64,000 nt of DNA from the NCBI RefSeq assembly GCF_963921235.1, contig NC_086101.1, forward strand, positions 31,124,001 through 31,188,000, in the 5' to 3' direction. The number at the start of each line of letters is the position of its first letter. Positions within the stretch are counted from its first letter, which is position 1. Position numbers and translations under genes: made by a program. Under the pieces are notes generated by a model. That model had not been told where the DNA came from. It ran no database searches and worked only from the letters and a program-made list of their open reading frames with translations. The DNA is from Mobula hypostoma. Taxonomy: Eukaryota. Below are positions 1 to 11,242 of this stretch, piece after piece.

Positions 1-1204
1 AAACATACTGATACTTACTGGGACACTGTTCAATCTCCTGCTATCTGGTAGGAGAGACAGAAACACCTTTGCCAAGACTGTTCCACTGAAAAACAGCTTC
101 TTCCCGAGGGTTGTAATGCAGCTGATTAATGCTGCACCCCGGCTTGCCAATGGCCTTTGGGTGTTAGGGACTATCGAAGTCACTTGTATGTAAATAAGGA
201 ATTATTTATTTATTTTAACCAAACCATACCACATGCATTGTAAATATCCGTTTTACACAGACTGAAGTAGCACAGCAAACTCGCAGTCTTGAGCAATGAC
301 AATAAAGTTCTGTTCTATTAACAACCCTTCACCATTGGCTGGCCGATGTTCTTCCTTAAATATCTTGCCAGGCAGCCTCATTACGCACTTGGGCACTGTT
401 CGAGTTACAAAGAGCAACAGAACTCTGTCATAACCTGGGAATATCTGCACTTGCATACTCCCAAACTCACAAGCTCCAGCACCAGAATGGACAAGGGCAG
501 CAGGCCCAAGGGTACACCACCTGCAAGTATCTCTCCCCGTTGCACACCAATACACCTGAAAATATATCACCAATCGTTCATTGTTTCAGAGGACCTGAAT
601 GAGCACTCTGCGTACACTCTCACAACCAGTTTCTGTCTCCTTTTCCCCTCTCTTTCTTGCCATATCTCCACTACTCTACCCATCTCTCCCTCTCCCACAC
701 ACTCCATTCCTCTGCTGTCCTGCCTGCTGGAGCTTCTCTTGCTCTATCTCAGCAACCAATGGCTGAGCTCACGACAGCCAAATGCCCAGCACATGGCATA
801 GCAACAGCAACTGAATATCATCCAGGGCCACCACAGAGCTGCAGGTACCAAAATCTCATGGATTATGGTCTCCACTATTCCTGGCAGAGCAGCAGCTCTA
901 GGCCCAACATCAGTCATCTGATGTCTGGCATTGGAACAACAGGAGACTCTAATTTCCCCCAATATGCGTCTATCAGTGCAGTCCCAGACGATGACAGAGT
1001 TAGGGACTCTGTTGTCACTCACTAACAATGAATGAGTGATGAGCACTGGGTAATTACAAGATGTTGCACATTGACATTTCCTGTCAGAGTCACCTTACGT
1101 ACAGAATGTCCTGCACCAAGCATCACTTTATGTACATACAGCCAGTCGACCTAATACGCTGATCAAATGTATATACAGCCATACTCAAACAGTTATTTGT
1201 ACAT

Positions 1205-1835
1205 TAGCCTCCAATCTGATGGCATGAACATCAACTTCTCCAACTTCTGGTAATTTCTTTCCCTCCACTTCAATTCCCCACCCTGGCCTCTTACATCTTC
1301 TCCTTGCCTGCCTATCAGCTACCCCTCGTGCCTCTCTTCCTTCCCTTTCTCCCATGGTCCTCTCACCTCTCCTATCAGATTCCTTCTTCTTCAGACCTTT
1401 ACCTTTACTATCTATCACCTCCCAGCTTCTTACTTCATCCCCCCCTCTCCCCACCCAACCGGCTTCTAGCTTGTACGGCTTCCCTTCCCCCTTCTGGCAT
1501 TTTCCCCCTTCCTTTCCAGTCTTGATGAAGAGTCCCAGCCCAAAATATCAACTGTTTATTCATTTCCATGGATGCTGCCTGACCTGCTGAGTTCCTCGAT
1601 CACAAACAAGAGAAGATCTGCAGATGCTGGAAATCCAAGCAAACACACACTCAAAATGCTGGAGGAGCTCAGCAGGCCAGGCAGCGTCTATGGAAAACAG
1701 TACAGTCGACCTGCAGGACTCAAGCCTGAAACTTCAACTCTACTCTTTTCCATAGATGCTGCCTGGCCTGCAGAGTTCCTCCAGCATTTTGTGTGTGTTG
1801 CTCGGATTTCCAGCATCGGCAGAATTTCTTGTGTT
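1205..1835 (+). mobile_element. Penelope-like 3' end followed by a fold-back (inverted) pair of terminal repeats (about 1615-1825)
   Basis: GATGGCATGAACATC end of endonuclease; arms about 1618-1703 and 1740-1823 are reverse complements. Confidence 0.72.
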
Positions 1836-2074
1836 TATCAGTTACTTGTACATGGTGTTTTATAGGCTTGTTTTTATATTTATTATGTTTTTTTTGCTTA
1901 TTGTGTTTTGGTATGCTGCATCAGATCCAGAGTAACAATCATTTTGTTCTCCTTTACACTCGTGTACTGAAGAAAGGACAGAAGGTACCTGTCAATCCCT
2001 GTAGTTAAATTAATTGTACAGCGCAAAAGGACAATCAATGCTCATTCAGTGCCTAAAGCCAGTCACTGTCATAC

Positions 2075-2271
2075 CTGTATTGAAGTCACGAGACTGTGGA
2101 CACTCTGTGGGGAGGTCACATCCGTTAGGAACACAGAGTGCTTCTGCTCATTGCAGCGCAGGCTCTTCAAAGTTTCGTTGGCCGAGCTTTCGTCGATGTC
2201 CACCACTGCCACCGAGGCTCCCTCATCAGCGAACCGCTGGCAGACAGCACGCCCGATCCCACTCCCACCAC
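2075..2271 (-). CDS. HSD17B8: HSD17B8 exon 2 (197 nt, phase 1 to 0)
   Basis: Open frame GGGSGIGRAVCQRFADEGASVAVVD bounded by AG and GT. Confidence 0.9.
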
Positions 2272-5200
2272 CTTCGCAACATCATACGGCAGCATTAAGG
2301 GCATTGTGTCAACCGAAATAACATGAAGCAATACAAGAAGGCAGAGCACCACCACCTTCTCAAGGGCAAGGTGGGACTACCAGCTCGTGCACCTTGAGTG
2401 AAAATCCAAGGCAGCAGAATACGGGGGATACAGCCTGCAGAAGTTTGCACTGTACTCAGGGAGGGCACAGGTAGGAGGCAGGAGCAGAGCAGCTTTAATG
2501 GGTGAGAAGCAACATGTGATGTTAATAGGGATGGGAGCTGGGGAGACTGGAATGAGTAAGCAGAGGGCTGGATGGGTGGATAGTGAAGGGTGGGATGGGC
2601 AGGGAAGTGACAGATGAAGGGAGCCTGAAAGGGGGAGTCCTGGGGGCATGCCTGAAATGTTTCAACTACTCACCTGTCCCTCTCGGTCCTGTTCACTCAC
2701 AGTCCCACTTCCTCTCCATGTCTCACCTATCTTCTCTTACCCCCACTAACCGATCCCTCTTCCCATGCATACTGGCTGCATCTCTTCCCAATCAGTTCCA
2801 TCCTGTTTCCCCATCCCAGTCCTCTGCTCCCTTTGGGTCCCGGACAGACCAACTATCCCTCATTCCCTTGGCAATGAGCTGGTCCCAACCCTCCCTTCCC
2901 CACAGACCCCATCCGGCACTGAGTCTGACCCGGTGGTGCAGAAGGGTGGTACGGAGAAGAGGAGAGCTGTCGTCATTGGAGACTCTATAGTCAGGGGACC
3001 AGACAGGAGATTTTGTGGGCGTGAGAAGGACACCCGCATGGTTTGTTGCCTCTCAGGTGCCAGGGTCCAGGATGTCTCTGACCGGGTGCACGACATCTTG
3101 GTACGAGAGGGAAAGCAGCCAGAAGTCGTGGTACATGTTGGAACCAACGACATAGGCAGGAAGAGGGATGAGGTCCTGAAGTGTGAGTTTCGGGAATTAG
3201 GCAGAAGGCTGAGGAACAGGACCTCAAGAGTGGCGTTCTCAGGATTGCTGCCAGTGCTACAAGACAGTGATGGTAAGAATTGGAGGAGATGGCAGTTGAA
3301 TGCGTGGCTGAGGAGTTGGTGCAGGGAGCAGGGTTTTAGATTTTTGGATCATTGGGATCTCTTCTGGGGAAAGTGGGACCTGTACAGATTAGATAGGTTG
3401 CACCTGAACTCGAGGGGGAGCAATATCCTTGCAGGTAGGTTTGCTAGCATGGTTCGGGAGGGTTTAAACTAATTTGCGAGGGGGATTGGACCCAGAGAGA
3501 TAGAGCAGTGAAAGAAGCGCATAGAGTAAAGCCAGATCTAACATACAGAGAGGCTTTGAGGAAAGAGAAGCAGAATAAACCATGTACAAACAGTAAGGTA
3601 GAATGGCTGAAATGTGTGTACCTCATTGCAAGAAGCATCGGGAACAATAGTCATAGTCATACTTTATTGATCCCGGGGGAAATTAGTTTTCGTTACAGTT
3701 GCACCATAAATAATTAGATAGTAATAACACCATAAATAGTTCAATAGTAATATGTAAATTATGCCAGGAAATAAGTCCAGGACCAGCCTACTGGCTCAGG
3801 GTGTCTGACCCTCCAAGGGAGGAGTTGCAAAGTTTGAAGGCCACAGGCAGGAATGAATTCCTATGACGCTCTGTGTTGCAACAAAGGTGATGAACTGAGA
3901 GCTTGGATACATACATGGAATTATGATGTAGTGGCCATTACAGAGACTTGGCTGGCACCAGGGCAGGAGTGGATTCTCAATATTCCTGGATTTCTGTGCT
4001 TTAAAAGGGATAGAGAGGGCGGAAAAAGGGGAGGAGGGGTGGCATTACTGGTTAGAGATACTATTCCAGCTACAGAAAGGGTGGGTAATGTAGCAGGATC
4101 CTTTTTTGAGTCAGTATGGGTGGAAGTCAGGAACAGGAAGGGAGCAGTTACTCTATTGGGGGTATTCTATAGGCCCCCTGGTAGCAGCAGAGATACAGAG
4201 GAGCAGATTGGGAGGCAGATTTTGGAAAGGTGCAAAAATAACAGGGTTGTTACCATGGGTGACTTTAACTTCCCTAATATTGATTGGCACCTGATTAGTT
4301 CCAAGGGTTTAGATGGGGCAGAGTTTGTTAAGTGTGTCCAGGATGGATTCCTGTCACAGTATGTGGACAGGCCGACCAGGGGGAATGCCATACTAGATCT
4401 AGTAGTAGGTAATGAACTGGGTCAGGACACAGATCTCTCAGTGGATGAGCATCTGGGGGACAGTGACCACCGCTCCCTGGCCTTTAGCATTATCATGGAA
4501 AAGGATAGAATCAGAGAGGACAGGAAAATTTTTAATTGGGGAAGGGCAAATTATGAGGCTATAAGGCTAGAACTTGCAGGTGTGAATTGGGATGATGTTT
4601 TTGCAGGGAAATGTACTATGGACATGTAGTCAATGTTTAGAGATCTCTTGCAGGAGGTTAGGGATAAATTTATCCTGGTGGGGAAGATAAAGAATGGTAG
4701 GGTGAAGGAACCATGGGTGACAAGTGAGGTGGAAAATCTAGTCAGGTGGAAGAAGGCAGCATACATGAGGATTAGGAAGCAAGGATCAGATGGGTCTATT
4801 GAGGAATATAGGGAAGCAAGAAAGGAGCTTAAGAAGGGGCTGAGAAGAGCAAGAAGGGGGCGTGAAAAGGCCTTGGCGAGTAGGGTAAAGAAAAACCCCA
4901 AGACATTCTTCAATTACGTGAAGAAAAAAAGGATGACAGGAGTGAAGGTAGGACCGATTAGAGAGAAAGGTGGGAAGGTGTGCCTGGAGGCTGTGGAAGT
5001 GAGCGAGGTCCTCAATGAATACTTCTCTTCGGTATTCACCAATGAGAGAGAACTTGATGATGGTGAGGACAATATGAGTGAGGTTGATGTTCTGGAGCAT
5101 GTTGATATTAAGGGAGAGGAGGTGTTGGAGTTGTTAAAATACATTAGGACGGATAAGTCCCTGGGGCCTGACGAAATATTCCCCAGGCTGCTCCACGAGG

Positions 5201-7064
5201 CGAGGGAAGAGATTGCTGAGCCTCTGGCTAGGATCTTTATGTCCTCGTTGTCTACGGGAATGGTACCGGAGGATTGGAGGGAGGCGAATGTTGTCCTCTT
5301 GTTCAGAAAAGGTAGTAGGGATAGTCCGGGTAATTATAGACCCAGTGAGCCTTACATCTGTGGTGGGAAAGCTGTTGGAAAAGATTCTTAGAGATAGGAT
5401 CTCTGGGCATTTAGAGAATCATGGTCTGATCAGGGACAGTCAGCATGGCTTTGTGAAGGGCAGATCATGTCTAACAAGCCTGATAGAGTTCTTTGAGGAG
5501 GTGACCAGGTATATAGATAAGGGTAGTGCAGTGGATGTGATCTATATGGATTTTAGTAAGGCATTTGACAAGGATCCACACGGTAGGCTTATTCAGAAAG
5601 TCAGAAGGCATGGGATCCAGGGAAGTTTGGCCAGGTGGATTCAGAATTGGCTTGCCTGCAGAAGGCAGAGGGTCGTGGTGGAGGGAGTACATTCAGATTG
5701 GAGGATTGTGACTAGTGGTGTCCCACAAGGATCTGTTCTGGGACCTGGATGTGGGGGTAGAAGGGTGGGTTGGCAAGTTTTCAGATGGCACAAAGGTTGG
5801 TGGTGTTGTAGATAGTGTAGAGGATTGTCAAAGATTGCAGAGAGACATTGATAGGATGCAGAAGTGGGCTGAGAAGTGGCAGATGGAGTTCAACCCGGAG
5901 AAGTGTGAGGTGGTACACTTTGGAAGGACAAACTCCAAGGCAGAGTACAAAGTAAATGGCAGGATACTTGGTAGTGTGGAGGAGCAGAGGGATCTCGGGG
6001 TACATGTCCACAGATCCCTGAAAGTTGCCTCACAGGTGGATAGGGTAGTTAAGAAAGCTTATGGGGTGTTAGCTTTCCTAAGTCGAGGGATAGAGTTTAA
6101 GAGTCGCGATGTAATGATGCAGCTCTATAAAACTCTGGTTAGGCCACACTTGGAGTACTGTGTTCAGTCTGGTTGCCTCACTATAGGAAGGATGTGGAAG
6201 CATTGGAAAGGGTACAGAGGAGATTTACCAGGATGCTGCTTGGTTTAGAGAGTATGCATTATGATCAGAGATTAAGGGAGCTAGGGCTTTACTCTTTGGA
6301 GAGAAGGAGGATGAGAGGAGACATGATAGAGGTGTACAAGATAATAAGAGGAAAAGACAGAGTGGATAGCCAGCGCCTCTTCCCCAGGGCACCACTGCTC
6401 AATACAAGAGGACATGGCTTTAAGGTAAGGGTTGGGAAGTTCAAGGGGGATATTAGAGGAAGGTTTTTTACTCAGAGTGATTGGTGCGTGGAATGCACTG
6501 CCTGAGTCAGTGGTGGAGGCAGATACACTAGTGAAGTTTAAGAGACTACTAGACAGGTATATGGAGGAATTTAAGGTGGGGGGGTTATATGGGAGGCAGC
6601 GTTTGAGGGTCGGCACAACATTGTGGGCCGAAGGGCCTGAAATGTGCTATGTTCTGTCCGAGGTTTGCATCCTGCACAGGTCCAGGGTCTAACCCACTGT
6701 CTTCCCCAGAATCCCCACGCCGTCATCCTCTATACAGTAATCGTAGTCCATTCCTCTCAGATGTCACTCACTGCCAGGAGACCACGCCCCCTCCATGCCC
6801 CGCCTCTCTTCTTCACGCCACGCCCACTGACCCGGGAACTGTCCCCTCTCCACCTTCTACTAACCCGCTCCATGATTGGGAGATGCTCCCCACTCAGAAG
6901 CCCTTGGCTCCCGGCTTGTCCCCTGTCCCCCCCTACCTTGTGTCATTGCCCCCGGACCTCTCCCGCGGCCCGGTCCGCGTAAACTGACGCCCCTCACCTG
7001 TCACCAGCGCCAGCCGCGAGCTGAGGCGGAGACCCAGCCCCAACCTTTTGCCGCTCGCCGCCAT
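2075..7064 (-). CDS. HSD17B8: HSD17B8 (Ke6/FABGL, short-chain dehydrogenase), coding exons 1-2; gene continues beyond the left edge of the window
   Basis: Exon 1 is 7064-6998 (ATG; MAASGKRLGLGLRLSSRLALVT-G|gtgagg). Exon 2 is 2271-2075 (aag|GGGSGIGRAVCQRFADEGASVAVVDID...FLTDVTSPQSVHSLVTSIQ|gtatga). The spliced product has the SDR TGxxxGIG motif. Sequence and intron positions resemble human HSD17B8 as recalled (LALVTG|AGSGIGRAV...VQ|). Confidence 0.88.
2905..6657 (+). mobile_element. CR1-clade LINE, large decayed copy (SGNH esterase ORF1, APE-RT ORF2) in HSD17B8 intron 1
   Basis: ORF1 motifs VIGDSIVRG, VHVGTND, DRLHLN. ORF2 motifs ITETW, MGDFNFP, SDH, QHGF, GVPQGSVLG, broken by stops and frameshifts; RT catalytic motif decayed to FSDGT. 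Boundaries approximate. Confidence 0.92.
3648..3879 (-). mobile_element. Rex1/Babar-like LINE 3' end inserted in CR1 ORF2
   Basis: Reverse complement of the 3' end of the element at 14903-16970, including the (ATGACT)n tail; TSD AACAA at 3643-3647 and 3880-3884. Confidence 0.85.
6998..7064 (-). CDS. HSD17B8: HSD17B8 exon 1 (67 nt, phase-1 donor)
   Basis: ATG in a CpG-rich patch, ending ...LALVT G|GTGAGG donor. Confidence 0.87.
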
Positions 7065-7150
7065 CGAACTGTATCCCCGGGCAAGTCCCTCTGCGCATGC
7101 GTGCCGCCTTGCTCAGCAGCGCCGTTCCCACAGCCGGTGGATGGCGGAAT
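7065..7150 (-). promoter_or_regulatory. CpG-rich HSD17B8 promoter/5'UTR with NRF1-like site TGCGCATGCG (7092-7101)
   Basis: Local CpG enrichment (about 6950-7150) and a match to the NRF1 palindromic consensus ~30 bp upstream of the ATG; fits a nuclear-encoded mitochondrial enzyme. Confidence 0.5.
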
Positions 7151-7339
7151 TGCAGCTTCGTTGGTCAACTCAGCCACCACGGCAGTACAGGAATCCCATT
7201 CATCCCGTGTCCTGATTCCCCTGCATACCTGTGATCCAGGGATTCCCCACCTTCATTTATGCCACGGACCAATACCATTAAGCAAGGGGTCCAACAACCC
7301 AGTTTGGGAACCACTTCACCTTTCGTCAAGCACGCCCTT

Positions 7340-7894
7340 GGATGATATTCGGAGAAGGACATAAAGGTACGGAAGGCGCTGGCGTGGAGGGCTGTGAACG
7401 ACATGAAGGAAATCTGGAAGTCCAGAGGGCTTAAAAAGAGGATTTTCATAGCAGTCATAGAGTCCATTCTCACGTACGGATGCGAGACGTGGACACTCAC
7501 CAAGACGATGCGAAAGTCTCTAGGTGGTTGCTATACACAAATACTCCGGATGGCTCTTGACGTGTGTTGGCAACAGCACATGACGAACATCGAGCTCAAT
7601 AACAACCTACCGATGCTCACCTCTAAAATCGAGGCGAGAAGACTGCAACTAGTGGGGCACTGTCTATGCCACCCCGAGCTACCTGCCAGCCTAGTCATCA
7701 TATGGGAGCCCAAGCATGGGAGGATGAACCCTGGGCTCCCTCCCAAGACTATGGTCAACACGCTCCTAGAAGACAGCGGCGCGGCTAATGTCGATGAACT
7801 GAACACACTGATGAGGGAGAGGGAGAAGTGGAGAGTCCATCATCGTGCCCGACGCCAGCCCCCTAGGCCTGAGTCGACGTAGTAGTGGTAGTAG
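7340..7894 (+). mobile_element. 5'-truncated RTE-clade LINE
   Basis: ILTYGCETWTLT motif; (GTA)n tail; 13-bp TSD CAAGCACGCCCTT at 7327-7339 and 7895-7907. Confidence 0.85.
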
Positions 7895-9221
7895 CAAGCA
7901 CGCCCTTAATCCTAACACTAGGGGTGATTGAGAGGAGCCGATTTATTACCGGCATGAATTTGAGATACGATAGGAATCAGGGACACCGAAGATCAGTGGA
8001 GACACAAGAGACCATAGACACTGGAATCTGGAGCAACAAAGAATCTGCTGGAGGAACTCAGTGGGGGCAAAGTTGGGAGAGAACTCCGCATATCCGTCAC
8101 CTGCAGCTGCCTCCCAGTCTCAGCACTGCTCACCTCTAACTCTAGGGGGCACTGGTTTAAGTGAGGGGGGTACAGTGAAAAACTTTCTTTTGCATGCCAT
8201 TCATATAGATCATTTCATCACATCAGTGCATTGAGGTAGTACAAGGGTAAACAACAGTAGAACAAAATGCTAGTTACAGAGAAAGTGCAGGCAGAAAGAA
8301 GGGCAAAGTCATAAGTGGTGGCTGAGGTCCAGAATCCATCATCATATTAGGATAATATGATAAATACTCTTATAACTAAAGGTAGTAGCTGTCCTTAAAC
8401 CTGGGGGTACATGTTTCTGGCTTTTGTATCTTCTGTCCAATGGGAGGGAGAAGAAGAGAGAATTTCCAGGCTGGGCCGGTCAGTCTTTGGTTATGTTTGC
8501 TTTACCAAAGCAGCAAGAAGAATAGAGTCCGTGGAGGGGAGGCTGGTTTCGGTGTTGTGCTGAGCTGCATCCACAACTCTGCAACTTTTTGCTCTTGGGA
8601 AGTTTATCTGCCACGTCAGCCCGAGATAGGATGATCTGTGTGGTGCATCAGGAAAAACTGATGAGGGTCACTGGGCACGTTGCAAATTTCTTTAGCCACC
8701 TGAGGAAGCAGAGGTGTTGGTGAGCTTTCCTGGCTGTGTACTCTATACAGTTGGACCAGGACAATATGTTGGTGAAATTTGCTAGGAATTTGAAGCTCCT
8801 GCCATCTCCAGCTCAGCATCGTCGATTCTTACAGCAACATGCTTTCCATCCCAGTTCCTGAAGTCAATGACCAGATCCTTTGTCTTGGCAACATTGAGGA
8901 AAGATTGTTGTCTTGACCCCATGCCACCAGGATCTCTATTTCCTTCCTGTAGTCCGGCTTGTCATTGTTTGTGATCCAGCCCATAGAAAACCCTTAGGTG
9001 GAATTAGAGCAGAATATTGTCCCACAGTCACGAGTGTCAAGGGAGCAAAGTAGGAGGCTGAGGATGCAGTCTTGCAGAGCACCATTGTTGAGGGTCATTG
9101 TCACAGAGGTTTTGATGCCTATCCTTGCTAATTGTGGTCTGTTGGTCCTGTTGCAAAGTGAGCTCCAGGAGTTCATAGATGAGTTGGTTTGGAATTATGG
9201 GATTGAAGGCGGAGCTGTAGT

Positions 9222-9608
9222 AGTAGGCAGCCGTCAATCCCAGGGGATCACGGGTTTGTGCCTGTGGTGGACTGTGTCCCCTCCAGGGCGCAAGGCTGGG
9301 CGGGAAGATTTGAGGAACCAGCTTTTGCCCATGCAGTGGGTTCTCCCCCTCCACGTCACTGATGAAGTCCAAGGGAAGGTCAAGTGCTGATACAGCTTGG
9401 CACCAGTGTCGTCACAGAGGTTGCCAGAGTGAAGTTGTAAACAACATCAAACTACCTTAGGGACCCTGGCTCCAGATTTCTTCCTTGGGGTTTACTCCTG
9501 AAGCCTTTTCCATGAGTGGGTATGGCCGCAAGGCAGCGGAGGTTTAAGGTCAGAGTTTTCATTCTCCTAGGCGGGCTGCTGCCCAAAGGCTGATGAGCCC
9601 CACCTGTC
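9222..9608 (-). mobile_element. Short non-autonomous retroposon, probably RTE-mobilised
   Basis: 18-bp TSD TGAAGG(C/T)GGAGCTGTAGT at 9204-9221 and 9609-9626; short trinucleotide tail; interrupts a decayed minus-strand RT fragment. Confidence 0.65.
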
Positions 9609-11242
9609 TGAAGGTGGAGCTGTAGTCAATGAACAATAATCTGTACAAGGTGTATTTACTGTGCAGATGCTCCAGAGATGAGTGTAGGGCCAGGGAGATG
9701 GCTTCTGCTGTGGACCCATTTTGGTGGAAGGTGAAATACCGTGGATCAAGGCGAAGGAGATTTTTTGACAAGAATAAGTCGGTGGATGTTGCCTGCATGA
9801 CCCTAGGAAAGCATCAACAAGTTTTCTCATGGGTCCTGCTCCCGCACATAGCAGCCACAGTGATTTGGTGGACCGACTTCAAAACTGGGTTGACCACAGA
9901 AGACAGGGTAATGGTGCAGGGTTGTTATGACTGGTGTTACACATGGATCAGTGCTGAGACCTCTGTTGTTTCTGAAATATAAAAATGATTTAAACAAAAA
10001 TATAGCAGGGTTGTTTGGTGAGTCAAAAAGTGGTGGTGCTGTGAATCGTGGGGAAGGTCGTCAAAGAATTCAACAGGAAATTTGGCCAGAGAAATGGCAA
10101 CAGGAAGGTTACTCCAGACAAGTGCGAGGTGTCAAATGTAAGAAGGTGTAGAGTAGATGATGAGACACTTTGGAACACTGATGCACAGAAAGATTGTAGG
10201 GAGTAAGACCAAGGCTGCAAACAGTAACACAAGTAGTGGGTAAATAATGTTCACTGCATGCCTGCCTTCATGGGTTGATGTGTTGAGTACAAAAGTTAGC
10301 TGGTCATGATGCAGCTGTATACATTTTTAGTTAGGCTGCAGTGTGTAGTCCTGGGTCTCTCCATTATGACAAGGATTTGGAGGCTTTAGAGAGGGTGCAG
10401 AAGGGATTCACCAGGATATGTCCTATCTCAAGAGTATAAGCTACAAGGAGAGGTTGGATCATCCTGGTTTATTTCTCGGTGTGTCAGAGGCTGAGGGGAG
10501 ACCTGTTTATAAAAGGATGAGAGGCATTGATGGGGTAGATGGTCCTGAAGCAAGATTTTGACCTGAAACACAACATTTCCTTTCCCACCATAGAGCTGAG
10601 TTTCTCCTGCAGATTGTCTTGTTGTTGGATAGTGAGCTAAGCTCAGTAACTCCCTGACGTCAGAGTTCAGCGATGCAGCAGAGGGGGGTGGGTGAGGGGT
10701 GCTGGTGTCCTGACCCAACCCAGCACACCACGGGGGCATCTTCAAGAGGTGCTGCCTAAAGAAGACGGCATCGATCACTAAGTACCCTCGCAATCAGACA
10801 CGCCTCTTCTTATTAATACCATCAAAGAATACTGGAGATCCAGAGTCAAGAAACATCTTCTTCCGCTCAGGCATCAGATTTCTGAACAGTTCACAAACCT
10901 GTGAACACTACCTCATTATTTCTTTTTTTTCAGAATTTATTTATTTTTATAACTTAAAGTAATTTTAGTTATGCCTTTACATTGCAATGTTGTCTCAGGA
11001 CAATTTTCATATGATATTAATGATAATCAATCTGATTCTGATTAATGTACGTATTTTTGTGAATGTTGTTTCTCTGAAGCCATGTGTCCGTGATGCTCTT
11101 GTAAGTTTTTCATTGCACCTGTGTATACATTTACTTGGGCATATGGCAATAAACTGCACTTTGACTTTTGCGGCAGGCACGCTGGCTGAAGTGAATTTGC
11201 AAATGTTGTTTGAGAGACGTTGTCGGTCTTTGTAGTGGCAGA

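Noticed and set aside
2167-2355. Hydrophobic 62-aa ORF as a small secreted protein
   Set aside because: It is an alternative frame of HSD17B8 exon 2.
2765-3472. SGNH/GDSL esterase as a host or horizontally acquired gene
   Set aside because: It is the normal ORF1 domain of CR1-clade LINEs and is directly followed by ORF2.
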